Of a DNA stretch of 64,000 nucleotides, positions 1 to 12,864 are shown piece after piece. This stretch comes from an uncultured Candidatus Binatia bacterium (GTDB lineage: Bacteria; Desulfobacterota; Binatia; UBA9968; JAJDTQ01), in assembly GCA_965215605.1 (NCBI GenBank), contig OZ244070.1, positions 1,728,001-1,792,000 on the forward strand, given 5' to 3'. A model generated the notes under the pieces. It saw only the letters and a program-made list of their open reading frames with translations, had not been told where the DNA came from and searched no databases. Position numbers and translations under genes: made by a program. Every line of letters starts with the position of its first letter. The stretch's first letter is position 1.

Positions 1-683
1 GCGCGGACGCCGTTGTCCACGTACCACTGGAGACGCGTCTCCTGCCAGGACTGGAAGGCCTCCTCATCCTCGCCCGGCTTGACGAAATACTCGATCTCCA
101 TCTGCTCGAACTCGCGGGTGCGGAAGATGAAGTTGCCGGGGGTGATCTCGTTCCGGAAGCTCTTGCCGATCTGCGCTATGCCGAAGGGGAGCTTCTGGCG
201 CGCGGTGTCCAGCACGTTGGCGAAGTTGACGAAGATGCCCTGGGCCGTCTCCGGCCGGAGGAAAACCGTGCTGGCGGTGTCCTCCACCGGCCCCATGAAG
301 GTCTTGAACATGAGGTTGAACTGCCGCGCCTCGGTGAGCTCGCCGCCACAGTCCGGGCACGCCCGCGCTTCCACGTGGTCCTCCCGGAAACGGTGATGGC
401 AGGCCTTGCACTCCACCAGCGGGTCGGAAAAGCCGGCGACGTGGCCCGAAGCCTCCCACACCCGCGGGTGCATCAGGATCGAGGCGTCCAGGCCGACGGT
501 GTCGTTGCGGCCGGTGACCACCGCCTTCCACCACGCCTCCTTGACGTTGCGCTTGAGTTCCACGCCCACGGGCCCGTAGTCCCACGTGCTGCCGATTCCT
601 CCGTAAATCTCGCTGGAAGGGAAGATGAACCCTCTCCGCTTGCAGAGGTTGACGACCTTTTCCATCGTCGCGTGCTCATTCAT
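1..683 (-). CDS. glyQS: Glycine--tRNA ligase, homodimeric (GlyQS) type; 3' end runs off the window
   Basis: Manual translation from ATG at 683: [52 protein letters not shown]; further on [13 protein letters not shown] and [24 protein letters not shown]. Not in the ORF track because it has no stop in the window. Confidence 0.95.
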   Translation of the reverse strand, partial: MNEHATMEKVVNLCKRRGFIFPSSEIYGGIGSTWDYGPVGVELKRNVKEAWWKAVVTGRNDTVGLDASILMHPRVWEASGHVAGFSDPLVECKACHHRFREDHVEARACPDCGGELTEARQFNLMFKTFMGPVEDTASTVFLRPETAQGIFVNFANVLDTARQKLPFGIAQIGKSFRNEITPGNFIFRTREFEQMEIEYFVKPGEDEEAFQSWQETRLQWYVDNGVR

Positions 684-736
684 GGCTGCTCTGACTCTCC
701 TGTGGTGTCGTCTGCCGGAACGAAGCCCGCCGGGAC

Positions 737-1498
737 CTATTGAAATGAACCATCCAGGAAGGCTACGGACTTCAGCTTCTTACTAATCTGGTACTGGATA
801 AACAAGGGCACCACCGCACGGGTCTCCCTGAGGGCCGGCGGGGAGAACACCGGCGCCGCCCCGTCCATCCAGCCGTGCCGCTGGAAGTGCGTCAGGATTC
901 CCAAGGCTTCGGTCGTCAGCGGCACCGATTCCCGGCCGAGACCGCCGCAGTCGCGGCACAGGACGCCGCCGTCCCGCGGACTGAACTCCCACCGGCCGTT
1001 GCCGGACGAGGGCCGGGTGCCGCAACGCTGGCAATGCTCCAGGGTCGGCTGAAACCCGGCCAGCCGCAGCAGCGTCAACTCGAAGGCGGTGAGGAACTCC
1101 GTCGACGCCTCGTTCTCCTCCAGGAACCGCAACCCGTCCCGCAGGTGGTGGAAGAGCGACAGGCTGTCGTCGCCGTCCCGCGTCAGCTCATCGGTGATTT
1201 CCACGAGATGGGAAGCGTGCGCGATCTTGGCCAGGGTTCTGGTTATCCGCCGGAAGACGTACACCCAGTCGCAGCCGTGGACGAACGCCAGCGGGCTGTT
1301 GGATCGTTGATGGAAACGCAACTGGACAAGCGTGAAGGGCTCGAGAACGTTCAGGAATCGTTTGCGGGACCGCTTGGCTCCCTTGGCGATGCCCCTGATC
1401 TTGCCGTAATCCCGCGTAAGGAAGGAAACGATCTTGTCCGATTCGCCGTAGGCCCAGGATCGCAGCACGATGGCCGGGCTCGACCGTATCACCGGCAC
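737..1498 (-). CDS. recO: DNA repair protein RecO
   Basis: [41 protein letters not shown]-terminus; C-terminal CxxC...CxxC zinc finger. Confidence 0.95.
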   Translation of the reverse strand: MPVIRSSPAIVLRSWAYGESDKIVSFLTRDYGKIRGIAKGAKRSRKRFLNVLEPFTLVQLRFHQRSNSPLAFVHGCDWVYVFRRITRTLAKIAHASHLVEITDELTRDGDDSLSLFHHLRDGLRFLEENEASTEFLTAFELTLLRLAGFQPTLEHCQRCGTRPSSGNGRWEFSPRDGGVLCRDCGGLGRESVPLTTEALGILTHFQRHGWMDGAAPVFSPPALRETRAVVPLFIQYQISKKLKSVAFLDGSFQ

Positions 1499-1619
1499 TC
1501 AAATCCCCCCCGACATGAACGGCGTCCCCTCCGTGCCTGGCAGCCTGCCTGCCGGTCCCGCCGTGCGATCATCGCCATCCGTACGTATACACCAAGCCGC
1601 CGAAAAAGTCGCGCACGCA

Positions 1620-1684
1620 TGGATTCACGCTTTCGTGGGAATGACGGGAGGGGGCGGGAATGACGGGGGGTAGCGCCGAATGAC
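1620..1684. repeat. REP/RPE-like palindromic repeat, family A (GGATTCCCGCTTTCGCGGGAATGAC-like) with extra GAATGAC half-units
   Basis: tggattcacgctttcgtgggaatgac, then gggaatgac and gaatgac; same family at 9249, 22377, 28908, 34664. Confidence 0.8.
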
Positions 1685-1748
1685 AGAAAGGATGCCGGAA
1701 TACCGGAGCAGGACCCGGAAATGAGATTTTGCGACGATTCCGGCCACC

Positions 1749-1777
1749 TTGACAAGGTCCCATACGGTGATTACCTT
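1749..1777 (+). promoter_or_regulatory. Putative sigma70-type promoter of the grpE-dnaK operon
   Basis: TTGACA (1749-1754), 17 bp, TACCTT (1772-1777), about 70 bp upstream of grpE. Confidence 0.45.
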
Positions 1778-1847
1778 CTCTCGGCCGTTGCGGGGCAAGG
1801 GGTCCATTTTTGCCCACGGGACAGGACATCGAAAGCACGACAGCATC

Positions 1848-2477
1848 ATGGCCGAAGAGAACAGGGATCAAACCGAGACAGTGGGCGACGAAGAGGCGGC
1901 AACCCCGGCCGAGGCCGCCGGGGCGATGGAGGAGCCGTCGGAGATCGAGCGGCTTGGGGCGGAGTTGGATGCCGCAAGAGAGGAAGCGCGGCGCCATCAC
2001 GACCTTTACCTGCGGGAGGCGGCGGAGACCGAGAACTACAAGAAACGTGTAACCCGCGAGAAACAGGACGCTATTCGCTACGCCAACGAATCGCTGGTGC
2101 GCGATCTCCTGCCGGTGATCGACGACCTGGAGCGGGCGGCGCGGCACGCGCCGGGCGACGGCGACCCGCGCGGGCTGGTGGACGGCATCGCGCTGGTGGT
2201 CAAGGCCTGCCTTGAGGCGCTGCAGAAGCACGGGGTCACGCAGGTCACGGCCAAGGGGCAACCCTTCGATCCGGAGAAGCACGAGGCCTACGCCCAGGTC
2301 GAAACCGGTGAATGCGAGCCCAACACGGTGGTGGACGAGATCCATCCGGGTTACTACCTGGTCGACCGGCTGCTGCGGCCGTCCTTGGTGAGCGTCGCCA
2401 AGGCGCCGAATTTACAGGAAAACATATCACCGGACCCTGGCGAACCGGCGGTTGAAAAGGACCGGGGCGATGATTAG
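1848..2477 (+). CDS. grpE: Nucleotide exchange factor GrpE
   Basis: AETENYKKR, LLPVIDDLERA, GQPFDPEKHEA, GYYLVDRLLRPSLVSVAK; upstream of dnaK; ATG 1848 chosen over TTG 1749. Confidence 0.95.
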   Translation: MAEENRDQTETVGDEEAATPAEAAGAMEEPSEIERLGAELDAAREEARRHHDLYLREAAETENYKKRVTREKQDAIRYANESLVRDLLPVIDDLERAARHAPGDGDPRGLVDGIALVVKACLEALQKHGVTQVTAKGQPFDPEKHEAYAQVETGECEPNTVVDEIHPGYYLVDRLLRPSLVSVAKAPNLQENISPDPGEPAVEKDRGDD

Positions 2478-2519
2478 ATTTACACTGAATACGCACTTGA
2501 AGAACAAGGAGACGAAGCA

Positions 2520-4447
<1,928 letters not shown>

Positions 4448-4451
<4 letters not shown>

Positions 4452-4473
4452 GGGCGGGTTTCGAAACCCGCCC
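4448..4473. repeat. GTAG-type REP-like hairpin overlapping the dnaK stop
   Basis: gtag-gggcgggtttcgaaacccgccc; related copy at 8164-8201. Confidence 0.65.
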
Positions 4474-4525
4474 GTGCCCGCATCGCGCCATCGATCGATA
4501 CTGCCTCGGAGGCGGGACTTAGAAA

Positions 4526-5641
<1,116 letters not shown>

Positions 5642-5650
5642 GGGTAACGC

Positions 5651-8143
5651 ATGGACGTATCGGACAAGGACACCGCGGAACTCGTCGCGGACCGGCCGGT
5701 GAGCGACATCCCTGACGTCATACCGCTCCTGCCCATCCGCGACATCGTCATCTATCCGTACATGATGATTCCCCTGTTCGTCGGACGGGAGATCTCCATC
5801 AACGCGGTGAACGAGGCGCTCGCGCGGGATCGGCACATATTCCTGGTGGTGCAAAAGGACCCCGCGGAGGATAACCCGGACGCCGACGACCTGTACCGCG
5901 TGGGCACCGTCGCCACCATCCTGCGCATGCTGAAGCTCGACGACGGACGGGTGAAGATCCTGGTTCAGGGCCTCACCAAGGGCGCCGTGGAAGAGGTGCT
6001 GACGCAAGAGCCCTATTTCGAGGTGCGCATAGAGAAGATCGTCGAGCAGCAGGTCGTCGAGCTGTCCATCGAGGTCGAGGCGCTCATGCGCAGCGTCAAG
6101 GAGAAGATCGAGCAGATCCTCAACCTCAAGAACCTGCCGCCGGAAATCGTCATGGTCACCGACAACGTCGTCGATCCCGGCGTACTGGCGGACCTGGTGG
6201 CCTCCAACCTGCGGCTCAAAATCGAGGAGAGCCAGTCCATCCTGGAGATCTACGAACCCATCGAACGGTTGAAGAAGGTCAATGACCTGCTCACCCGCGA
6301 GCTCGAGCTCGCCACCATGCAGGCGCGGATCCAGAACCAGGCCAAGGACGAGATGAGCAAGACCCAGCGGGAGTACTTTCTGCGGGAGCAGCTCAGGCAG
6401 ATCCACCAGGAGCTCGGCGAGGGCGACGAGAAGACCGAGGAGATGAACGAGCTCAAGGCCCAGATCGACAAGGCCGGCATGCCCGTGGAGGTCAAGAAGG
6501 AGGCCACCAAGCAACTCAAGCGGCTGGATCAGATGCATCCCGAGTCCTCCGAGTCCTCGCTGGTGAGGACCTACCTGGACTGGATGGTGGAGCTCCCCTG
6601 GAGCGAACGCACCGAGGACAACCTCGACCTGGAGAAGGCCAAGGAAGTCCTGGACGAGGACCACTTCAACCTGGAAAAGATCAAGGAGCGGTTTCTCGAG
6701 TACCTGGCGGTGAACAAGCTGCGGCAAAAGATCCGCGGACCCATCCTCTGCTTCGTGGGACCGCCGGGGGTGGGCAAGACCTCCCTCGGGAAATCCATCG
6801 CCCGCGCCCTCGGGCGGAACTTCGTGCGCATCTCGCTGGGCGGCATCCGGGACGAGGCGGAGATCCGGGGGCACCGCCGGACCTACGTGGGCGCCCTGCC
6901 CGGCCGGATCATACAGGGCATGAAGCAGGCCGGCTCCAACAACCCGGTGTTCATGCTGGACGAGCTCGACAAGCTCGGCAACGACTTCCGGGGGGACCCG
7001 TCCGCGGCTCTGCTGGAAGTGCTCGATCCGGAGCAGAACCACGCGTTCAGCGACCACTACCTGAACGTCCCGTTCGACCTGTCCAGCGTGCTGTTCATCT
7101 GCACCGCGAACCTGCTGGACACGGTTCCGCCGGCGCTGCGGGACCGCATGGAGGTCATCAACCTCTCCGGCTACACCAACGAGGAGAAACTGGAGATTGC
7201 CCGGCGGTTCCTGATCCCCCGGCAACTGCAGGAGGCCGGGATCTCCGAGGATCTGCTGGACCTCTCCAACGACGCGGTGCTGCGCATCGTCGAGCAGTAC
7301 ACGCGCGAGGCCGGACTCCGGAACCTCGAGCGCGAGATGGCCGCCATCTGCCGGAAGGTGGCGCGCAAGGTGGCGGACGGCCGCACCATCCTTACCCGCA
7401 TCACCCGGAGGAACCTCCACCAGTTCCTCGGTCCCGCCAGGTTCCTGGTGGAAGAGGCCCAGGAACAGAACGAGATTGGCGTCGCCACGGGTCTGGCCTG
7501 GACCAGCGCCGGCGGCGAAGTGCTGCACGTCGAGGCCTCGCTGTCCAAGGGCCGCGGCAATCTGACCCTGACCGGGCAGTTGGGGGACGTCATGCGGGAG
7601 TCGGCCCAGGCCGCGGTGAGCTACGCCCGGGCCCATGCGAAGCACCTGGGACTCGAAGAGAACTTCTACCAGAAGCAGGACATCCACATACACGTCCCGT
7701 CCGGTTCCATACCCAAGGACGGCCCCTCCGCGGGAATCACCATGGGAACCGCCCTCATCTCGGCTTTGACGCGGCGGCCGGTGAGCCGGAACGTGGCCAT
7801 GACCGGAGAGATCACGCTCCGGGGCCGCGTGCTGCCGGTGGGAGGCCTGAAGGAGAAGTGTCTGGCGGCGTTCCGTTCCGGGGTCGAAACGGTGGCGATA
7901 CCGTTCCAGAACCGGAAGGACCTCGAAGATATCCCGCGTCCCTTGCGCAACAAGCTGCACTTCATCCTGGCGCGCAACATGAACGACGTGCTGGCGGCGG
8001 CATTCGGAGACACGCCGCCCGATGGCCCGGTCCACCCCGATCCGAAAACCGTGGCCGCGGCCAAGAACAGGAAGCCGGCCCGGCGGCCCGGCCCCAAGGG
8101 CCCCAAGGGCCCGGGGGGCAGAACGGTGCCCGCCAACGCGTGA
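5651..8143 (+). CDS. lon: ATP-dependent protease La (Lon)
   Basis: Lon N-domain, GPPGVGKTS Walker A, PKDGPSAG catalytic Ser motif. Confidence 0.98.
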   Translation: MDVSDKDTAELVADRPVSDIPDVIPLLPIRDIVIYPYMMIPLFVGREISINAVNEALARDRHIFLVVQKDPAEDNPDADDLYRVGTVATILRMLKLDDGRVKILVQGLTKGAVEEVLTQEPYFEVRIEKIVEQQVVELSIEVEALMRSVKEKIEQILNLKNLPPEIVMVTDNVVDPGVLADLVASNLRLKIEESQSILEIYEPIERLKKVNDLLTRELELATMQARIQNQAKDEMSKTQREYFLREQLRQIHQELGEGDEKTEEMNELKAQIDKAGMPVEVKKEATKQLKRLDQMHPESSESSLVRTYLDWMVELPWSERTEDNLDLEKAKEVLDEDHFNLEKIKERFLEYLAVNKLRQKIRGPILCFVGPPGVGKTSLGKSIARALGRNFVRISLGGIRDEAEIRGHRRTYVGALPGRIIQGMKQAGSNNPVFMLDELDKLGNDFRGDPSAALLEVLDPEQNHAFSDHYLNVPFDLSSVLFICTANLLDTVPPALRDRMEVINLSGYTNEEKLEIARRFLIPRQLQEAGISEDLLDLSNDAVLRIVEQYTREAGLRNLEREMAAICRKVARKVADGRTILTRITRRNLHQFLGPARFLVEEAQEQNEIGVATGLAWTSAGGEVLHVEASLSKGRGNLTLTGQLGDVMRESAQAAVSYARAHAKHLGLEENFYQKQDIHIHVPSGSIPKDGPSAGITMGTALISALTRRPVSRNVAMTGEITLRGRVLPVGGLKEKCLAAFRSGVETVAIPFQNRKDLEDIPRPLRNKLHFILARNMNDVLAAAFGDTPPDGPVHPDPKTVAAAKNRKPARRPGPKGPKGPGGRTVPANA

Positions 8144-8163
8144 ACCGGGACGCCTGGGGATTC

Positions 8164-8201
8164 GGGGCGCGGGCGGGTTCCGAACCCGCCCGCGCCCCTA
8201 C
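8164..8201. repeat. GTAG-type REP-like perfect hairpin between lon and thiL
   Basis: ggggcgcgggcgggtt-ccg-aacccgcccgcgcccc followed by tac. Confidence 0.7.
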
Positions 8202-8234
8202 ACGCGACGGAGCGCGCAGAAGCGCCAACGCCCC

Positions 8235-9296
8235 ATGAGACTTCGGGATTTGGGAGAGTTCGGGCTGATCGACCTGATCCGGAGGAAGACCCCGCGGATG
8301 CGCGGCGTGCGTCTGGGCATCGGCGACGACGCCGCGCGGGTCTCCACTCCCGACGACTCTCTTCTGTTCACTTCGGACCTTCTCATCGAAGGCGTCCACT
8401 TCAACCTCGACTGGATCTCGATGCGGGACCTCGGGCACAAGTCCCTCACCGCAAGCCTGAGCGACATCGCCGCCATGGGCGGCCGGCCGGCCTATTTTCT
8501 GTTGTCGGTGGCCATGCCCGACATCGCCGTGCAACGAGCGGCCGCGCTGGTGCGGGGCATTCACGCCGTGGCCGCGGAGCACCGGGCGGCGTTGGTGGGG
8601 GGCGACACCTGCGCGGCGGACCGGGTGATCATCGACGTGTTCCTGGCCGGCTTCGCTCCCTACGGGGCGGTCACCCGGGCCGGCGCCCGGGTGGGCGACG
8701 ACATCTACGTCACCGGCACCCTGGGGGACTCCGCCCTGGGTCTGACACTGCTTTCCGAGCCCCGCCCCACGGTCTCCGCGAGGGATCGGAACTACCTCGT
8801 CCGACGGCACCACCACCCCACGGCCCGGGTGAAGACCGGCATGCAACTGGCGAAGGAAGGCCTGGCCCGGGCCATGGTGGACGTCAGCGACGGGCTCGCC
8901 CAGGACCTGGGCCACATCTGCCGCGCCAGCGGCACCGGGGCGGTGGTGCGGCAGGACCGGGTGCCGCTGTCGCGCGCCTTCGGCCGGGTGGCGGGCGCGG
9001 GCGACCTGGCCTCCGCGCTGGCCGGCGGCGAAGACTACGAGCTGCTGTTCACCGCGGCGAGCGACGCCCGCCAGGGAGTGGAGCGCGTGGCCCGGCGAAC
9101 CAACGTTCCCATCACCCGCATCGGCGAATGCGTGCCCCGAAAGCAGGGCCTCACGCTGGTGGACCCGCGGGGGGGAAGCACGCCGCTCTCCGCTCCCGGC
9201 CACGACCACTTCAAGGGGCCGGCGGCGCACCGCCCAGCGTCCCCGCCCCTGGATTCCCGCTTTCGCGGGAATGACGGAGGGGGCGCGGGGAGCTAG
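8235..9296 (+). CDS. thiL: Thiamine-monophosphate kinase
   Basis: MRLRDLGEFGLI, GIGDDAA, LSDIAAMGG, VDVSDGLAQDL, GGEDYELLF; start at ATG 8235. Confidence 0.95.
   Translation: MRLRDLGEFGLIDLIRRKTPRMRGVRLGIGDDAARVSTPDDSLLFTSDLLIEGVHFNLDWISMRDLGHKSLTASLSDIAAMGGRPAYFLLSVAMPDIAVQRAAALVRGIHAVAAEHRAALVGGDTCAADRVIIDVFLAGFAPYGAVTRAGARVGDDIYVTGTLGDSALGLTLLSEPRPTVSARDRNYLVRRHHHPTARVKTGMQLAKEGLARAMVDVSDGLAQDLGHICRASGTGAVVRQDRVPLSRAFGRVAGAGDLASALAGGEDYELLFTAASDARQGVERVARRTNVPITRIGECVPRKQGLTLVDPRGGSTPLSAPGHDHFKGPAAHRPASPPLDSRFRGNDGGGAGS
9249..9277. repeat. Family A REP-like repeat inside the 3' end of thiL
   Basis: ctggattcccgctttcgcgggaatgacgg, translated as LDSRFRGND. Confidence 0.85.
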
Positions 9297-9302
9297 AGCA
9301 CC

Positions 9303-10052
9303 ATGGACGAAGAGAAACTGGCAGAGCTCCTGGACGGCGTGCGGCGCGGCGAGGTCACGGTAGACGAGGGCCTGAAGCGGTTGCGGCATCTTCCCTTCGA
9401 AGACCTGGGTTTCGCCAAGGTGGATCATCACCGGGCCTTGAGGCAGGGTTTCCCCGAGGTCGTCATGGGCGAAGGCAAGGAGGTCCCGGACATCGCCGAC
9501 ATCGCCCGGGCGATCCGGAAACGCGGCGTCAACGTGCTCATCACCCGCCTGTCCGAGACCAAGATGGAGGCCCTGAAGAAACCCCTCCGCGGGTTCCGTT
9601 TCCACCGGCAGGCCCGCTGCGCCACTTGGCGCGCCAAGGACGCGACCATCAAGGGCAAGGGGACCATCGCGGTGGTGTGCGCCGGCACCTCCGACATACC
9701 GGTGGCGGAGGAAGCCGCGGTGACCAGCGAGATCATGGGCAACCGGGTGGAGCGGCTCTACGACGTGGGCGTCGCCGGGCTGCACCGGCTGCTGAGCCAC
9801 CATCGCCAGCTCACCGAGGCGGCGTTGCTCATCGTGGTGGCGGGCATGGAGGGGGCCCTGCCCAGCGTGGTGGCCGGGCTGGTCCGGCGGCCGGTCATCG
9901 CCGTGCCCACCAGCGTCGGCTATGGCGCCAGCTTCGGCGGTCTGTCGGCATTGCTGGCCATGCTCAACTCCTGCGCCGCGGGGGTGACGGTGGTGAACAT
10001 CGACAACGGCTTCGGTGCCGGCTTCGCGGCCTCGCTGATGAACAGGGATTGA
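9303..10052 (+). CDS. larB: LarB-like (AIR carboxylase family) nickel-pincer cofactor biosynthesis protein
   Basis: DLGFAKVDHHRALRQGFPEVV, AGTSDIPVAEEA, DVGVAGLHRL, VAGMEGAL, PTSVGYG, VVNIDNGFGA. Confidence 0.9.
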   Translation: MDEEKLAELLDGVRRGEVTVDEGLKRLRHLPFEDLGFAKVDHHRALRQGFPEVVMGEGKEVPDIADIARAIRKRGVNVLITRLSETKMEALKKPLRGFRFHRQARCATWRAKDATIKGKGTIAVVCAGTSDIPVAEEAAVTSEIMGNRVERLYDVGVAGLHRLLSHHRQLTEAALLIVVAGMEGALPSVVAGLVRRPVIAVPTSVGYGASFGGLSALLAMLNSCAAGVTVVNIDNGFGAGFAASLMNRD

Positions 10053-10098
10053 CACGGCAGTGCCGTCTATGGGCTAATTTCGTTACCGGAATACGACC

Positions 10099-10527
10099 AT
10101 GGCCGATGAAGACAAGAAATACCGCGTGCTGAGACGGTCGTCGGAGTTGAGCATCCGCCTTTCCGGCGACTCGCTGCCCCAGCTTCTGGCAGACGCCGGG
10201 TTTGCGTTGTTCGACCTGTTGGTGGATCTCGATTCGGTGGAGACGCGGGAGAGCGTCACCCTCGAAGTGGAGGGGCTGGACCACGACGACCTGATGGTCA
10301 ACTGGATTCGGGAGCTGCTCTACGAGTACCAGGCCAGCGGGTTCATCCTGAAGGAGTTCGACATCCGCGAGGCGGGGGAGTTCTTCGTGCGCGCCGAGGC
10401 CCGCGGCGAGAAATTCGACCCGGACCGCCACGAAGAGCGCGAAGTCATCGCCGCGGTGGACGAACGGCTGAGCCACTTGGGGAAGATGGGTCCCCAATGG
10501 ACCGCCCAGGTGGGATTCGAGTTGTGA
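10099..10527 (+). CDS. Archease-family protein, divergent
   Basis: 142 aa acidic protein with DDLMVNWIRELLY, ARGEKFDPDRH and C-terminal WTAQVGFEL; canonical HTAD and KAVTYH motifs missing. Confidence 0.75.
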   Translation: MADEDKKYRVLRRSSELSIRLSGDSLPQLLADAGFALFDLLVDLDSVETRESVTLEVEGLDHDDLMVNWIRELLYEYQASGFILKEFDIREAGEFFVRAEARGEKFDPDRHEEREVIAAVDERLSHLGKMGPQWTAQVGFEL

Positions 10528-10545
10528 CCGTCAACGGGGCGCTCC

Positions 10546-11910
10546 ATGCGTGACGAGTACTCCGGGTGCTCCCTCATCGCCGACCCGATCCACCGCTACA
10601 TCCCCTTCACGGTTCCCCAGTTCCCGGGCGAAGTGGCCGAAAAGCACCTGATCGACTCCCCCTGGTTCCAGCGCCTGCGGTACATCTTCCAGCTTCAGAG
10701 CGCCCGCTGGGTCTACCCCTCGGCGGAACACAGCCGTTTCCAGCATTGCCTCGGGGCCATGCACCTGGCCGGAATGTTCGCGCGCGGGCTGTACCCGTCG
10801 CTGCGCAAGGTGCTGGGCGAAGAATGCCCTTCCGCCAACTACGTGGAAGAGTACATGCGGGTCACCGGCCTCCTGCACGACGTCGGTCACGGTCCGTTCT
10901 GCCACTTCTTCGACAATCACTTTCTCAGCCAGCACGGCCTGATCCACGAAGACATCTCGCAGGTGATCATCCGGGAGCATCTCGGCGACATCATCGGCGG
11001 CATTCGCCGCAGCCCCACGGGCCCTTTCGCGGACGGCGAAGTGCTCGACCCCGATGACGTCGCCTTTCCCATCAAGAAGGACTCCGAGGACGATCCCGCG
11101 AAACCCCTGTGGCTCCGCTTCCTCCAACCCCTGACCAACGGCATCTTCACCTTCGACAACCTCGACTACGTGTCGCGCGACTCGTACATGTGCGGGGTGG
11201 CGGTGGGGCCCATCGACCGGGACCGGCTGATCTACTACACCTTCATCTCGCCCAAGGGACTGACCCTGCACCGTTCCGGCGAGGGCGCCCTCACCATGTT
11301 CCTGAACGCGCGCAAGTACCTCTACGAAAACGTCTACTTCCACCGCACCACCCGGGCCATCGACGCCCACCTGCAGGAGCTGTTCCCGGAAACCATGGCG
11401 CAGATCGCGCCGGGAAATCCGCTGGACCACATGGAGTTGTACCTGCACCTGACGGACTGGTCCTTGTTGCAGGACGTATCCCGCTGGCGACGGCTCGACA
11501 CTCCGCTGGGGCGCGAGTGGGGCCGCGTCCTCGACCGTGATCTCAAGTGGCGTCTGGCCTACGAACGGACCCTGTCGGCGAAAGAGATGGCGAGCGGGCT
11601 CGACCTCGTCGAGGTCCACGAATGGGAGGTCCTGATCCGGGCGGCCCTGCCCCCGGAACACCGGGACTTGGTGTATCACGTGGACATCGCCAGCCAGGAC
11701 TCGCGGCCGGAAAACCCCATGGCCATGGGCAAGAAGCAGATCCACACCTACGATCCGTCCAGCGGCGTCATCACCAAGGAATCCATGGCCGAGTTGTTCG
11801 CCTACATCCCTTCCAAGATCGTCAAGTTCCGCGTCTTCGCCCTGGACCACGCCCACGACCGGCTGCTGGCCTCCTGCACCGAGGAGGTGTTCCAGGGCGC
11901 CGGAAAGTGA
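10546..11910 (+). CDS. HD-domain phosphohydrolase (SAMHD1/dNTPase-like)
   Basis: DPIHRYI, FQRLRYIFQL, HSRFQHCLG, LLHDVGHGPFCH, DNLDYVSRD, VYFHRT. Confidence 0.88.
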   Translation: MRDEYSGCSLIADPIHRYIPFTVPQFPGEVAEKHLIDSPWFQRLRYIFQLQSARWVYPSAEHSRFQHCLGAMHLAGMFARGLYPSLRKVLGEECPSANYVEEYMRVTGLLHDVGHGPFCHFFDNHFLSQHGLIHEDISQVIIREHLGDIIGGIRRSPTGPFADGEVLDPDDVAFPIKKDSEDDPAKPLWLRFLQPLTNGIFTFDNLDYVSRDSYMCGVAVGPIDRDRLIYYTFISPKGLTLHRSGEGALTMFLNARKYLYENVYFHRTTRAIDAHLQELFPETMAQIAPGNPLDHMELYLHLTDWSLLQDVSRWRRLDTPLGREWGRVLDRDLKWRLAYERTLSAKEMASGLDLVEVHEWEVLIRAALPPEHRDLVYHVDIASQDSRPENPMAMGKKQIHTYDPSSGVITKESMAELFAYIPSKIVKFRVFALDHAHDRLLASCTEEVFQGAGK

Positions 11911-11926
11911 GCGAAGCGCCCATCCA

Positions 11927-11976
11927 CCGTTCGTCCCGAGCGTAGCGAAGCGTCAGCGTAGCGAAGTCGAAGGACG
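11927..11976. repeat. REP-like element between convergent genes
   Basis: ccgttcgtcccgagcgtagcgaagcgtcagcgtagcgaagtcgaaggacg with an internal direct repeat agcgtagcgaag x2. Confidence 0.5.
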
Positions 11977-12864
11977 CTACCTGCCTGCCTTCACCCGCAG
12001 CCACGCCACCGCGTGGGCGCCGAGCACCAGCCCGCAGCCCAGGGCCACCATGGTGGGTCCCAGCGGAAGATCGAACTCGTAACAGACCGCGAACCCCGCC
12101 ACGCCCATGCCGGCGCCCGCCACGGAAGCCGCGATGAAATAGGGCGCCATGCGGGAAACCAGGGGCCGCACGGCGATGGGCGGCAGCACCAGAAGGCCGA
12201 AGGTGAGCAGCGGCCCGGCCATGATCACGCCCAACGCCACGGTGACGCCGGCCAGGAGATAGAGAAGCAGGTCCCAGACGGCGGCGCCGCCCTTCAACAG
12301 GGCGGTGAGGTCGCGGTCGAACGACGAAATCAGCAACTCGCGGCGAAACAGGACCAGGCACGCCATCACCACCGCGTAGACTCCGCAGAGAGTGGCAAGC
12401 TCGGTCCAGGACAGCACCACCGCATCGCCCTTGACGAGGCTCAGAATCGCCACGTCGCCGAAGGGATGGAAGGCCACGAAGAGGACCGTGAGCGAGCCTG
12501 CCACCGCGTAGGCCACGGCCAGGCGGTTCTCCGCGCGGCCGGCGCCACGCCGCTCCATCAGGCCCAGCAACACCATGCCGGCGAAGGTGAACAGCAACGA
12601 GCCGCCGTAGGCGAGCAGGCGCTCGACCTCGTGGGCGTCGCCCGACGTATGGCCCGGATGCGGCACCAGCCCGACCTCATGCGCGAACAACGCGAAGGCC
12701 ACCCCCGCGGTCGCTAGTTGCGGCAGCGTCAGGCCCAGCAGCACGCTCCGCCTCAGCACCAGGAAGCCCCCGACCACCGGACAGACCACCCCCAGGACGA
12801 TGCTCCCCACCACCGCCGGAAACAGCAGGAACGACGGGCTCAAGATCTCCGCGAGGGCACCCAC
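11977..12864 (-). CDS. Metal (Zn/Mn) ABC transporter permease, ZnuB-like
   Basis: Hydrophobic ABC-3 permease: GGFLVLRRSVLLGLTL, SSFDRDL, DLPLGPT. Confidence 0.88.
   Translation of the reverse strand: MGALAEILSPSFLLFPAVVGSIVLGVVCPVVGGFLVLRRSVLLGLTLPQLATAGVAFALFAHEVGLVPHPGHTSGDAHEVERLLAYGGSLLFTFAGMVLLGLMERRGAGRAENRLAVAYAVAGSLTVLFVAFHPFGDVAILSLVKGDAVVLSWTELATLCGVYAVVMACLVLFRRELLISSFDRDLTALLKGGAAVWDLLLYLLAGVTVALGVIMAGPLLTFGLLVLPPIAVRPLVSRMAPYFIAASVAGAGMGVAGFAVCYEFDLPLGPTMVALGCGLVLGAHAVAWLRVKAGR

Noticed and set aside
1500-1847. CIRCE/HrcA operator upstream of grpE-dnaK
   Set aside because: No TTAGCACTC-N9-GAGTGCTAA match found and no hrcA in the window.
8085-8120. GPKGPKGPGG collagen-like repeat in the Lon tail
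   Set aside because: Only a short 9-bp duplication in a low-complexity C-terminus.
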